Positions 10,488-20,836 of a stretch of 64,000 bases of DNA are shown here, piece by piece. Both the position numbers and the translations under genes were made by a program. The stretch lies in NCBI GenBank assembly GCA_965205025.1, contig CBDBFU010000012.1, positions 384,001 to 448,000 on the forward strand, in the 5' to 3' direction. Within the stretch, counting starts at the first letter, position 1; each line of letters opens with the position of its first letter. The notes under the pieces are model-generated. The model had not been told where the DNA came from, did not search any database, and saw nothing but the letters and a program-made list of their open reading frames with translations. The stretch comes from Candidatus Poribacteria bacterium (GTDB taxonomy: Bacteria > Poribacteria > WGA-4E > WGA-3G).

Positions 10488-11660
10488 ATGTCAAGTCAAA
10501 CAGAAAAAATACATCGTGTCGGTATCATCATGAATGGTGTTACAGGTCGAATGGGAACGAATCAACACCTAATTAGATCTTTATTAGCAATTTCAGAGGA
10601 TGGCGGAATCCCAATTGGTGAGCATGAAGTTATCATTCCTGATCCATTCTTGGTGGGGAGAAACCCGCTAAAATTGGAAAAACTGTCTGAATCTACTGGC
10701 ATTGAGAAGTGGACAACAGACCTTGATCAAGCTCTAGCAGATGACAACTATTCAGTTTATTTTGACGCTCAACTAACATCACTACGAGTAGATGCTGTTA
10801 ATAAAGCTATATCCGCAGGTAAACATATATATTGTGAAAAACCGACTGCAACATCAGCAGCAGATGCATATAATCTTTACGAAAAGGCAGCAAAAGCAGG
10901 CTTAAAAAATGGTGTTGTCCAAGATAAACTCTGGCTACCCGGTATACAAAAACTCAAAAGACTAATTGACGCTGACTTCTTTGGTAAAATTATTGCTGTA
11001 CGCGGGGAATTTGGATATTGGGTTTTTCAAGGGGATGCTATCCCAACACAACGTCCCTCATGGAACTACCGTTCTGAGGATGGTGGTGGAATAATTCTTG
11101 ATATGTTCAGCCATTGGCGATATGTGTTAGACAATCTTTTTGGTAAAGTAAAAGGTGTTTCTTGTATAGCGTCAACACATCTTCCTACCCGTTGGGATGA
11201 GAATAATCAACAATATACGTGTACTGCAGAGGATGCTGCCTATGCAACATTCGAATTAGATGGTGGAGTTATAGCTCATTTTAATTCTTCATGGGCAGTA
11301 AGAGTTCGCAGAGATGACTTGTTGACTATACAGGTTGATGGATTAAATGGTTCAGCAACAGTTGGATTGAGAGATTGTTGGATACAACCTTTATCTGGAA
11401 CACCTCGACCGGTTTGGAATCCAGATATTGAACAACCGATAAAGTTCTATGATGGCTGGTTAAAGATTCCTGAACAAGAGACCTACGAAAATGCATTCAG
11501 AGCACAATGGGAGTTGTTCCTCCGACATGTCGTTACCGATGAACCATTCCCATGGAATCTTTTAGAAGGTGCGAAAGGTGTCCAGTTAGCAGAAAAAGGG
11601 ATGGAATCTTGGAAATCTCGGAAATGGGTGGATATACCCGAACTCAAGGTAATTTCATAA
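10488..11660 (+). CDS. Gfo/Idh/MocA family oxidoreductase
   Basis: NGVTGRMG Rossmann region, GKHIYCEKP and GGGIILDMFSHW motifs. Confidence 0.88.
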   Translation: MSSQTEKIHRVGIIMNGVTGRMGTNQHLIRSLLAISEDGGIPIGEHEVIIPDPFLVGRNPLKLEKLSESTGIEKWTTDLDQALADDNYSVYFDAQLTSLRVDAVNKAISAGKHIYCEKPTATSAADAYNLYEKAAKAGLKNGVVQDKLWLPGIQKLKRLIDADFFGKIIAVRGEFGYWVFQGDAIPTQRPSWNYRSEDGGGIILDMFSHWRYVLDNLFGKVKGVSCIASTHLPTRWDENNQQYTCTAEDAAYATFELDGGVIAHFNSSWAVRVRRDDLLTIQVDGLNGSATVGLRDCWIQPLSGTPRPVWNPDIEQPIKFYDGWLKIPEQETYENAFRAQWELFLRHVVTDEPFPWNLLEGAKGVQLAEKGMESWKSRKWVDIPELKVIS

Positions 11661-11683
11661 CCAACTAATCGGAAAGGAATATC

Positions 11684-13138
11684 ATGGCACAAAACATAAC
11701 ACTCCAAAAAATTGATAAATACCGATGGCGTATTCCAAAGAATTCTATGAAAGGAATGCGTGTAGATGGAATTATTTATGCGAATGAAAAACTCCTTAAT
11801 CAAGCCAAGAGTGATGAGGCTATTCAGCAGGTTGCAAATGTCGCACATCTCCCCGGTATCGTAAAACATTCTCTCGCAATGCCAGACTTACATTGGGGCT
11901 ATGGATTTGTCATCGGAGGTGTAGCAGCAACTGATCCAAAAGCCGATGGTGTTGTTTCACCAGGTGGTATTGGTTATGATATCAATTGTGGCGTTCGACT
12001 TATCAGAACAAATCTTGATATTACACAACTTGAAGGGAAGACAAAATCTCTTGTCGCTAAGCTATTCGAAAATGTCCCATGTGGAGTTGGATCAAAAGGT
12101 AAAATACAACTTACTGTTCAGGAAGAGAAGCAGATGTTGGAGAAAGGCGCACAATGGTCAATTGATCGTGAATATGGACATCCACATGACCTACAATACA
12201 CTGAGGCATCAGGTTATCTCCATGATGCAAACGCTGCAGCAGCAAGCAAACGTGCATTAGAACGTGGAAAAAACCAATTAGGAACTCTCGGATCAGGAAA
12301 CCATTTTCTTGAGGTACAAGTTGTTGACAAGATCTTCTATCAAGATGCTGCTGATGCGATGGGTCTGAATGTAGGAAACATTTGTGTGATGATTCATACC
12401 GGTTCACGCGGATTCGGTTATCAGATTTGTGATGAACATGTAAAAAGTTGGATCAATGTTTCTGAAAGGTATGGAATCAACCTTCCAGATAAACAACTCG
12501 CTTCTGCACCCTTAAATTCACCTGAAGGACGGGATTATGTCACTGCAATGGCATGTAGTGCAAATTACGCTTGGAACAACAGACAGTGTATTATGCATCT
12601 TGTACGGCAGACGTTCACAAAATTTTTCGATACATCTGAAGATGAACTCGGATTAGAACTTGTATACGATGTCGCACATAATATTGGAAAGTTTGAAAAA
12701 CATAAAGTTGATGGAAAGGAACGTGAACTCTTTATTCATCGTAAAGGAGCAACTCGTGCTTTTCCCGCAGGACATCCAGAGATACCACATAAGTATCAGA
12801 AAGTTGGACAACCCGTCTTAATTCCTGGTGATATGGGAACAGCATCTTATGTTCTGGTTGGAAATCCTGGTGCTATGGAAGAGACATGGGGCACAACCTG
12901 TCATGGTGCTGGAAGAGTTCTATCCCGTAGAAAAGCAGTAGAACTTACAAAAGGTCGTTCCATCAAAGATGACCTTGAGAAACAGGGTATATATGTTCGC
13001 GCTGAAGGAAAACGCACACTACAAGAAGAGGTATCAGAAGCTTATAAAGATGTTGATGAAGTTGTCCGCGTAGTTGACGAAGCAGGACTTTCTCGCCGCG
13101 TTGCACGTCTCCGTCCTATCGGTGTTGTCAAAGGATAG
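11684..13138 (+). CDS. rtcB: RNA ligase RtcB
   Basis: MPDLHWGYGF, GYDINCG, LGSGNHFLE, HTGSRG, HRKGAT and HGAGR motifs; C-terminal VVKG. Confidence 0.95.
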   Translation: MAQNITLQKIDKYRWRIPKNSMKGMRVDGIIYANEKLLNQAKSDEAIQQVANVAHLPGIVKHSLAMPDLHWGYGFVIGGVAATDPKADGVVSPGGIGYDINCGVRLIRTNLDITQLEGKTKSLVAKLFENVPCGVGSKGKIQLTVQEEKQMLEKGAQWSIDREYGHPHDLQYTEASGYLHDANAAAASKRALERGKNQLGTLGSGNHFLEVQVVDKIFYQDAADAMGLNVGNICVMIHTGSRGFGYQICDEHVKSWINVSERYGINLPDKQLASAPLNSPEGRDYVTAMACSANYAWNNRQCIMHLVRQTFTKFFDTSEDELGLELVYDVAHNIGKFEKHKVDGKERELFIHRKGATRAFPAGHPEIPHKYQKVGQPVLIPGDMGTASYVLVGNPGAMEETWGTTCHGAGRVLSRRKAVELTKGRSIKDDLEKQGIYVRAEGKRTLQEEVSEAYKDVDEVVRVVDEAGLSRRVARLRPIGVVKG

Positions 13139-13248
13139 TCCAACTTAATACATTTTAGTAATATATAAGCATTGAAACTCATAAATGCAAGCCTATTTAG
13201 AAGTGGTATAATCTAAGCTTAGCTAAGAATTCTATTGGAGAAACGCCT

Positions 13249-16200
13249 ATGGAAACAAACGATAATCAATCTATAGATTTCTCACCCGGTCAAATTGTAT
13301 GTCTAAAATCTAATTCCTCAACTCGCGGTGCCGTTGTCGCAGTTGTACCGAGTACTCCGGAAAACAAAGTAAATGTTTTTGTTGATGGAGAAATTAAGAC
13401 CTATTTCGCCTCTCAGTTACAACTTGATATTCAAAGTGAAGACGATACCACTCGTTTTTCCTGCGACGAATTTCATGCCTATCTCACCGCGCTGCAAATC
13501 CAATCTCCAGCATTATCAACGTTGTATTCACTTAATGCTGCACGAATAGACTTCATTCCATACCAATACCGACCAGTTTTGAAGTTTATCAAATCTGATC
13601 GACCAAGGCTACTGATCGCAGATAGTGTCGGTGTAGGAAAAACAATTGAGGCAGGATTGATTCTACGCGAATTGCAAGCCCGAGGGGACATTAAATCTGT
13701 CTTGATTATATGTCCGCGCCCACTTGTTGCTGAAGAAAAGTGGTATCGTGAAATGAAACGGTTTGACGAAGATTTTACGCACCTGGATGGGAAGACTTTA
13801 CGATATTGTATCAATGAAACGCATTTAGATGGTGAATGGCCTGAGCAATATCAGAAGGTGATTCTTCCCTATTCGTTGTTAGATAATACACGGCTATTCG
13901 GACCAAGTGGCAGTAAAAAACGGAGGACAGGAAAAGGACTTATAGACCTTGATCCACCGCCACACTTCGATCTGGTCATAGTAGATGAGGCACACCATAT
14001 CCGAAATCAAAGCACTGCAAACCACGAAGCAGTCCGGTTTTTCTGCGAAAATGCTGATGCAGCTGTTTTTCTAACCGCTACACCTATCCAACTTGGCAAC
14101 CATGACCTGTTCGTACTGTTAAATGTTCTTCGTCCTGATCTGGTTTTGGACTATGAAAGTTTTGAGCACATGTCGGAACCCAACCCATTCATCAATCAGG
14201 CAGTAGATACTGCTCGTGCACGACAAATAGATTGGATACAGCATGCAAAGGAAAATCTTGATCAGGCAGCTGCAACTGCATGGGGAAGATCGATTTTCAA
14301 AAACAATCCCGAATTCAAACGGATTAGAAGGCAGTTTGACAACCAACAGATCACCGATGAAGAACGTGTGCAACTTATCACCGATATGGAAGGACTCCAC
14401 ACATTTTCTCGGATAATCAATAGAACTCGTCGTCGCGATATCGGTGAGTTTACCATTCGCAGACCACAAACCGTGGAAATCGAATTGACACAGGAACAGA
14501 GAGAACTCCATGAAGAACTTCTCGAAATTAAGGCGGAGATATTCCGACTCTTTCACGGTGATCAGAATGTTAACTTTATGATGACTACTCTCCGTCGACA
14601 ATTAGCAAGTTGTCTATATGGGTTAGAACCATTACTTGGGGATATATTGGCCCGACAATTTGATGAACTTGAGTGGACCGAGGCTGACGCTATTGATGCC
14701 ATTCCGGCAACAGAGACTATCACACAGATTCAAGAACAAATCCAAGCACTTCTTGAAAATGTAAAAAAACTTGATTCTGATGATTTGAAATTGGTTGCAC
14801 TCCGAAAAATTGTAACTGATAGACAAAGCCTACCCAATAACAAAATCATGATTTTTAGTAGTTTCCGACACACCCTCGCGTATCTTTACAAACACCTAAA
14901 AGCTGATGGGGTTCGCGTCGGTATGATTCACGGTGGTGTACCAGATGAAGAACGTTTAGAACTACGTAATCGATTTGAGAAATTTGGCGAGGAGATTGAC
15001 ACACTCGATCTTATGTTGTTCTCAGAAGTCGGGTGTGAAGGATTGGATTATCAATTCTGTGATTGTATCGTCAACTACGACCTACCATGGAATCCAATGA
15101 AAATTGAACAACGCATCGGCCGTATTGATAGGAAAGGGCAGGAGAGCGAGAGTGTGACCATTTACAACCTAATAACTCCTGGTACCGTGGATGCTGACAT
15201 CTACGAACGGTGCTTACTACGCATCGGAGTCTTTGAAAGTGCATTGGGTGGTAGTGAAGAGATACTCGGAAAAATTACAAAGGAACTGCAAAATATTGCA
15301 GAAGATTACGAGTTGACTGAGGAAGAAAGAAAGAACAAATTGGATCAGTTAGCAGATAATCAAATACGATTGATACAAGAGCAAGAAGCCATAGAAGCAC
15401 AACAATTAGAACTGTTTAGCTTACCACTCCCTGATCAAACGAAAGAGAAAGAGCAAAGGATTGAGAAAGAGGTGGAAGAAGCGTCAAGTTTTTGGTTATC
15501 TCCTGCATCTATACAGCGACTCGTTAGACGATATCTTCAGCAGAAACTTGGGTCAACCCATGAGTTTATCCTCGGTGAAAAATCTAACAAGACGCTCCGA
15601 CTCTCACAAGATGCCCGGGACACTTTACTGCGTGATTACCAACAATTGCCAAAAGAAAAGAATAAGGTCTATCGCGAGTGGGAAAACTGGTTGAAGGGAA
15701 AAGGAACTGACCAGCACTTAACGATAACGTTTGATGCAGAAACTGCTACACAAAATCCTAAAGCAGTGTTTATCATGCCAGTCCACCCACTCGTAAAACA
15801 GGCATCAGCGGCGTTGGACAAAGCAAGAGAAATTGTTGTAACACTAAAGGTCAGTAATAATCAAGTTCCTGCAGGTCATTATCAATTTGCTATCTACAAA
15901 TGGGAGTATCTCGGGAAAAAAGAAGATTGGGTTCTTATGCCTATAACGTCATCAGAAGTGTTAACACCGTATCTGCCTCATTTACTTGAAAAGGCTGAGG
16001 ATAACGATATAGGCGAAAATGTGAGTTTAACCGATCAGAAAGCATTGGAAGAAAGGCACCACACCATGTGGACAGAAGCACGCGAGAAGCATAGAGAACA
16101 CAGCCAGGAAATTGTTGAATATCAAAAGGAGAATCTATCAACGAGTCATCAGAAACGGATAACAATGCTTCAAAAGCAAATTGAGCAAGTACACGATGAA

Positions 16201-16350
16201 CGTTATCAACGGATGCGCAGCCAGCAAATTGCCAATGCTGAGGCAGATTACAATAGACGTATTCAGGAATTAGAGGAAGGAATGGAAACGGCAGACATTA
16301 CGACTGAACTGGTGGCTTATGGTATTTTGGAAGTGGAGAATAACACATAA
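13249..16350 (+). CDS. SNF2/RapA-like SF2 helicase/translocase
   Basis: LIADSVGVGKT (motif I), DEAHH (II), TATP (III), EGLD, YDLPWNP and QRIGRIDR (VI); coiled-coil C-terminus. Confidence 0.9.
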   Translation: METNDNQSIDFSPGQIVCLKSNSSTRGAVVAVVPSTPENKVNVFVDGEIKTYFASQLQLDIQSEDDTTRFSCDEFHAYLTALQIQSPALSTLYSLNAARIDFIPYQYRPVLKFIKSDRPRLLIADSVGVGKTIEAGLILRELQARGDIKSVLIICPRPLVAEEKWYREMKRFDEDFTHLDGKTLRYCINETHLDGEWPEQYQKVILPYSLLDNTRLFGPSGSKKRRTGKGLIDLDPPPHFDLVIVDEAHHIRNQSTANHEAVRFFCENADAAVFLTATPIQLGNHDLFVLLNVLRPDLVLDYESFEHMSEPNPFINQAVDTARARQIDWIQHAKENLDQAAATAWGRSIFKNNPEFKRIRRQFDNQQITDEERVQLITDMEGLHTFSRIINRTRRRDIGEFTIRRPQTVEIELTQEQRELHEELLEIKAEIFRLFHGDQNVNFMMTTLRRQLASCLYGLEPLLGDILARQFDELEWTEADAIDAIPATETITQIQEQIQALLENVKKLDSDDLKLVALRKIVTDRQSLPNNKIMIFSSFRHTLAYLYKHLKADGVRVGMIHGGVPDEERLELRNRFEKFGEEIDTLDLMLFSEVGCEGLDYQFCDCIVNYDLPWNPMKIEQRIGRIDRKGQESESVTIYNLITPGTVDADIYERCLLRIGVFESALGGSEEILGKITKELQNIAEDYELTEEERKNKLDQLADNQIRLIQEQEAIEAQQLELFSLPLPDQTKEKEQRIEKEVEEASSFWLSPASIQRLVRRYLQQKLGSTHEFILGEKSNKTLRLSQDARDTLLRDYQQLPKEKNKVYREWENWLKGKGTDQHLTITFDAETATQNPKAVFIMPVHPLVKQASAALDKAREIVVTLKVSNNQVPAGHYQFAIYKWEYLGKKEDWVLMPITSSEVLTPYLPHLLEKAEDNDIGENVSLTDQKALEERHHTMWTEAREKHREHSQEIVEYQKENLSTSHQKRITMLQKQIEQVHDERYQRMRSQQIANAEADYNRRIQELEEGMETADITTELVAYGILEVENNT

Positions 16351-16362
16351 TTTTACTCATAA

Positions 16363-19300
16363 ATGATGAAGGGAATTGACACCATGCCAAGCAATTACAA
16401 AACCATAACAGAACATAACGAGGATCAACTGGGTAAAGATACATCATCACGAAAAACACAAGTATCAATGTACTCAGATTCCACACATTTTGTGTACGAA
16501 ATTTTACAGAATGCGGATGATCATGATGCGACAGAGGTGTTTTTTAAACTCTCGGAAGATAAAGTTGTAATTGAACATAATGGTGAACCTTTTAAGGAAA
16601 AGCATGTTAAGGCAATCACGTATTTCGGTAAGGGTACAAGCCGCGAAGATCTCGTCAAAACAGGTCGCTTCGGTATCGGTTTCAAGTCTGTTTTTGCATT
16701 CACAGCAACGCCTATTATTATTTCTTGGCCTGAACACTTCCAAATATATGGTCTGTACCGCGTACGAGAGTATCCTTATCCAGATGGTTTTACAGATTCC
16801 CGTACACGCATAATTCTACCGTTTAACCATGAATCTGAACACCCGGACTTTGTTGAAAAACTGATGACACAGGAGGAGGCATACCAACAAATATCGGAGT
16901 GTTTAACCAATTTGAATATGAACACATTGCTGTTTACGAGAAACATTCGGGAAATTACTTGGGAAATTGGTAATCAATCCGCATGCTATCGACGTGAAGA
17001 TGAGATAGAAAATAATTCTCGTTTAACAACTATCACAGACGGTGATCGTGAAAATAGGTATCTTGTGTTCTCAAAAGTTCCTACGTGGGAAAATGAAGAA
17101 CATAAAGCAGTTGAAATCGCCTTTGCTATAGATGAACGGGATCAGATCACATCAATAGACGACGATAACCTATATGTCCTCTTTCCAACAACAGAAAAAA
17201 CTGGATTGCGATTTTTGCTTAATGGACCTTACCGTACAAACCCAGCAAGAGAAACAGTATCAAAAACTGATGATTTTAATGTCCATCTTATGGAGGTAAC
17301 GTGTGAATTGATGCAGGAATTGCTTCCGAAGCTTAAGAAAAGAAAATTACTAAATCTGCAATTCCTATCAGTTCTTCCCAATAAAGAGGATGAGTTAACA
17401 CATGTATCTAATCGTTTGCAGCTTGCCCTAAACTTAGAGGAAAAACCGAGAGGTTTTTATAGTCCACTCCATAATGTTATAGTCAATGAATTTAGGAATC
17501 AAAAACTTACTCCGACAAAACGCAAAGACTTTTATGCCCCTGCCAAGGATCTCTACCGCGGAACCAGAGAAATGTCTGAGGTAATCGAAGATAATGATCT
17601 AGCCCTACTCTTAGGTAAAGATCACCATTTACCACTATGGGTAAAAAATCTTCCACCTCGGGAACGAGACGATAAGGGGAGATTTATTGAGGATGAAAAT
17701 GCTACTAAACGGAATAAACGTATCAATGATTTTCTTGACACCCTTGATATTCCAGAATGGGATGTTGAAGATCTTATCAAGGTACTGGAATCAGAAGATG
17801 AACCTATAATAGAATGGTTAAAACGAAAAACAAATGAATGGTATCAAGACTTCTATGCTTTTTTAGATGATTCTCCTTCCTACTATGTATATGAGTTATC
17901 GAAACTTCGTATCGTTCGTTGTATTGATGGTGAGTATAGAACAGGAGATGAATGTCACTTCCCCAGTGATGATATTGAACCCGATCAAGATTTATCGAAC
18001 ATCTCTACAACTGTTGATGAAGAAAGATTACCAGAATCTCAAGAAGAAGAACACGAAGACGAAGAAGGTTTCCATTATGTTGCTAACGCAGTCTATATGT
18101 CTGGAAACAGGAAAGATATACAGGAAAAAGTTCGTAAATTTTTGGAAACTATCGGAGTGGAGGACGTTACCGAGACAGAACGGATTAAGTTGATTTTAAA
18201 ACAACGTTATGTGTACAGCACAATTAAACTTCGTCAACCATACTACAAGCAAGATCTAGAGAGGTTTATAAAACTTGTAGAAGATGAACCTGATAAGGCA
18301 CTTTTGTTTGAAAACTACCATATTTTTGAAGGTGATAAATGGTGGAGTCAACCGAACAGATTCTTTCTTGATTTGCCTTATTGCAATACCGGATTAACAG
18401 TGTACCATGAGAACCTTGATGAAGACTCAAAGTATCAGAAATTGGCTCTTTCACAAAAGTATAAAAAATACGGAATAGACTTGGAAAGATTAACAAAATT
18501 CGCTGAAGCCGTAGGAGCCCAGACGAAACTTGAAGCTATCAAACAACCTATTTCGCGAAATGATCCAAACCTGTCATACCTTATAGAGCAAGCGGAAGGT
18601 CAATGGAGATATAACACCGGAAATAGTGAAGATTATTTTATTCCTGAACTAAAAATTTTATATGCTAAACCATCAATAGAAAAATCAAAATTAATTTGGC
18701 GAACAATGTTTTCTTTACCTGAGAAATATCTAAAGGCATGGTATTGGAATAATAATATTGATAAACAAAGAGACCGTCCTCCGGGAAAATCAAGTCTTGT
18801 ACACAAGTTAATGAAGGAAAAATGGGTGCCGCAGAAAGATGGTTCTTTCGTCTGTCCAAGTAGGGCATCAATTGATCAACTGCTGAAAGGTTTTCTATAC
18901 GAACCAGGACAAGAATGGCTTGAAGCAATTGAATTTGGTAAGGAAACCAGAGAACAGAAAGAGGAACATGACCAGCGAAATCAACAGGCCAAAAATTGGG
19001 GTTTTGATTCTAGCGAGGAAGTTGAGAAATTTGCGGAATTGCGCCAATTGTTAAATGATGGAGAAATTACTGTAGATGATCTAATTTTCCAGTACCGGCC
19101 CCAAAATAGAGAATATAGTCCTGATTTTCCCACATCGCCAGTGAGAAACCCGATACGTCGAAGCAAAGGAGTATTAGAACAAATCAGAAACGCGCCTGAA
19201 AAAGAGCATGTAGAAAAAATACGAAATGTGCGCGAAACAAAAGAAGATATTGATCAAAAGACTACCCTGGAGAAATGGTATTCCAACGAGACTAATGAAA

Positions 19301-19686
19301 TGATTTGTCAAATATGTAAAAAGGAAATGCCGTTTAAAAGAACTGATGGTAAGTATTATTTCGTGGCGATGGAAGCTCTTACGATAAAATTTAAGAGTGA
19401 TGAACTACCAGAATATCATTTTCCCAAAGAATTCGTAGCACAATATCTCGCCCTCTGTCCAGAGTGCGCGGCAAGGTTCGATTATTTTGTTAGGACAATC
19501 AAAGACGGTGAAACAGTCATGAAGGAATTAAGAAATCACTTGATAAATTCAGAAGATATGGAGTTTCCTTTGACACTTGGAGAGTTAAAAACGAGTATAA
19601 GATTTGTAGAGACCCATTTCCATGATTTGAAAAGGATATTACACTATTACGAAAATCCAGATGAAGCCGAAGATTCAACTGATTAG
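16363..19686 (+). CDS. Sacsin/NOV-like GHKL ATPase with C-terminal HNH-like Cys4 domain
   Basis: Bergerat-fold motifs YEILQNADD, HNGEPF and GRFGIGFKSVF; LNGPYRTNPARE; C-terminal CQIC...LALCPECAARF. Confidence 0.8.
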   Translation: MMKGIDTMPSNYKTITEHNEDQLGKDTSSRKTQVSMYSDSTHFVYEILQNADDHDATEVFFKLSEDKVVIEHNGEPFKEKHVKAITYFGKGTSREDLVKTGRFGIGFKSVFAFTATPIIISWPEHFQIYGLYRVREYPYPDGFTDSRTRIILPFNHESEHPDFVEKLMTQEEAYQQISECLTNLNMNTLLFTRNIREITWEIGNQSACYRREDEIENNSRLTTITDGDRENRYLVFSKVPTWENEEHKAVEIAFAIDERDQITSIDDDNLYVLFPTTEKTGLRFLLNGPYRTNPARETVSKTDDFNVHLMEVTCELMQELLPKLKKRKLLNLQFLSVLPNKEDELTHVSNRLQLALNLEEKPRGFYSPLHNVIVNEFRNQKLTPTKRKDFYAPAKDLYRGTREMSEVIEDNDLALLLGKDHHLPLWVKNLPPRERDDKGRFIEDENATKRNKRINDFLDTLDIPEWDVEDLIKVLESEDEPIIEWLKRKTNEWYQDFYAFLDDSPSYYVYELSKLRIVRCIDGEYRTGDECHFPSDDIEPDQDLSNISTTVDEERLPESQEEEHEDEEGFHYVANAVYMSGNRKDIQEKVRKFLETIGVEDVTETERIKLILKQRYVYSTIKLRQPYYKQDLERFIKLVEDEPDKALLFENYHIFEGDKWWSQPNRFFLDLPYCNTGLTVYHENLDEDSKYQKLALSQKYKKYGIDLERLTKFAEAVGAQTKLEAIKQPISRNDPNLSYLIEQAEGQWRYNTGNSEDYFIPELKILYAKPSIEKSKLIWRTMFSLPEKYLKAWYWNNNIDKQRDRPPGKSSLVHKLMKEKWVPQKDGSFVCPSRASIDQLLKGFLYEPGQEWLEAIEFGKETREQKEEHDQRNQQAKNWGFDSSEEVEKFAELRQLLNDGEITVDDLIFQYRPQNREYSPDFPTSPVRNPIRRSKGVLEQIRNAPEKEHVEKIRNVRETKEDIDQKTTLEKWYSNETNEMICQICKKEMPFKRTDGKYYFVAMEALTIKFKSDELPEYHFPKEFVAQYLALCPECAARFDYFVRTIKDGETVMKELRNHLINSEDMEFPLTLGELKTSIRFVETHFHDLKRILHYYENPDEAEDSTD

Positions 19687-19803
19687 TCATTTATAACCAA
19701 CGTTCTTGTATGGACCACCATAATCAATGTCTATTTTTTCATCAGAAATGTCCAAAAAACAGGCGATTTTACCAAACATACAGCCAAAAACACACCTTTT
19801 CCG

Positions 19804-19820
19804 TTGGCATAATAATTGCT
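19804..19820 (+). promoter_or_regulatory. sigma54 (-24/-12) promoter motif
   Basis: TTGGCATAATAATTGCT with exact GG-N10-GC spacing, close to the YTGGCAY-N-TTGCW consensus. Confidence 0.6.
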
Positions 19821-19830
19821 AACTACTACA

Positions 19831-19955
19831 TAAGCCTCCTTAGGGTAGTCGGAACCATATTCTCAAAATGCGCCACATAAAGCCCTGAATGTATGCGTAG
19901 GTTAGTAATCCTCATAAGTCATAACCAACCCGAATGTGGTTTCCGACACTTATCC
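19831..19955 (+). ncRNA. Putative structured non-coding RNA (or MITE-like element)
   Basis: 15-bp closing stem GTCGGAACCATATTC (19848-19862) / GAATGTGGTTTCCGAC (19932-19947) enclosing two further hairpins; starts about 12 nt after the sigma54 motif. Confidence 0.35.
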
Positions 19956-20031
19956 ATTATCTAAAATTGAGTGAAAATCGTTTGAACGCATTTCTGGATT
20001 GTGTTAATATATGTGGTAGTTTTAACACATA

Positions 20032-20730
20032 ATGGAGAGTCTTGTGAAAAAACTTTTTGATATGACCCAGAATGAATTCTACGAATTGCTTCAGCGTCTC
20101 ATTCATGACGATTTCTTTTACGCACGTGAACGACTCATTAATTTGCTCAACGTAAAACCATTATCAGATAACAAAGCGGAATTGGAAACTGAGTTCCGAG
20201 AATTCTTTTGTGGTTATGAAAGCATCGCCTTTTGGATTGAAGAATATGAAGACGATCCGCTACAAGGTCTGGAACCGCACACTTCTCTTGCCAAAAAGTT
20301 GGAACGTCAACTTGAATATATACACGCCAATAGAAAAACAACCCTTGAAGAACGGATGGGCAGACGGATGGGAGTATACTTAGAAAGCGATCCGATGCCC
20401 GAGATAAAGATTTCCGAATTGCCATTCAAAGAGTATTGCAAACTTATCCGAACGCTTGTTACACAAGAAATCTTCAACGTGCGCGAAAGAATTGTGGTTT
20501 TATTCAAGCAGAACCCTTCACGCGAACAGTTAGATGAAGCCTTTCGAGAATTCTTTGTTGCTTATGAACTCTTTGAACTTGCATTGGAAGCTTACCACTA
20601 CGATCCAGATGAAGGATTAGAACTAAAACCCGATATTGATGCTGAGATCGACCAAAGTATTGCTGACTACGAGTCTGGCAAAATTAAAGCTATTCCAATT
20701 GAGGAAGTGGCGAAAAAGTTAGGGTTGTAG
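20032..20730 (+). CDS. Internally duplicated protein with antitoxin-like C-terminus
   Basis: Two repeats (RER..FREFF..YE..DP..GLE) and a C-terminal SIADYESGKIKAIPIEEVAKKLGL, typical of RelE/ParE-associated antitoxins. Confidence 0.6.
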   Translation: MESLVKKLFDMTQNEFYELLQRLIHDDFFYARERLINLLNVKPLSDNKAELETEFREFFCGYESIAFWIEEYEDDPLQGLEPHTSLAKKLERQLEYIHANRKTTLEERMGRRMGVYLESDPMPEIKISELPFKEYCKLIRTLVTQEIFNVRERIVVLFKQNPSREQLDEAFREFFVAYELFELALEAYHYDPDEGLELKPDIDAEIDQSIADYESGKIKAIPIEEVAKKLGL

Positions 20731-20737
20731 ACTGTAA

Positions 20738-20803
20738 ATGTACCGTTTAGAATTCACGTCAAAGGCTGAGGATGACTTGGCGCGTTATTGGACACCGCAG
20801 TAA
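20738..20803 (+). pseudogene. Truncated RelE/ParE-type toxin remnant
   Basis: ATG 7 bp after the antitoxin-like gene reads MYRLEFTSKAEDDLAR, a RelE-like N-terminus, then stops after 21 codons. Confidence 0.6.
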
Positions 20804-20836
20804 CGTCTATTGATCTATGAAATTGTAAAAAACGCA

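Noticed and set aside
19831-19955. Retron msr-msd or Y RNA
   Set aside because: No reverse transcriptase or Ro60 gene in the window and no clear Ro-binding bulged helix or tRNA-like arm; kept only as a generic ncRNA/MITE candidate.
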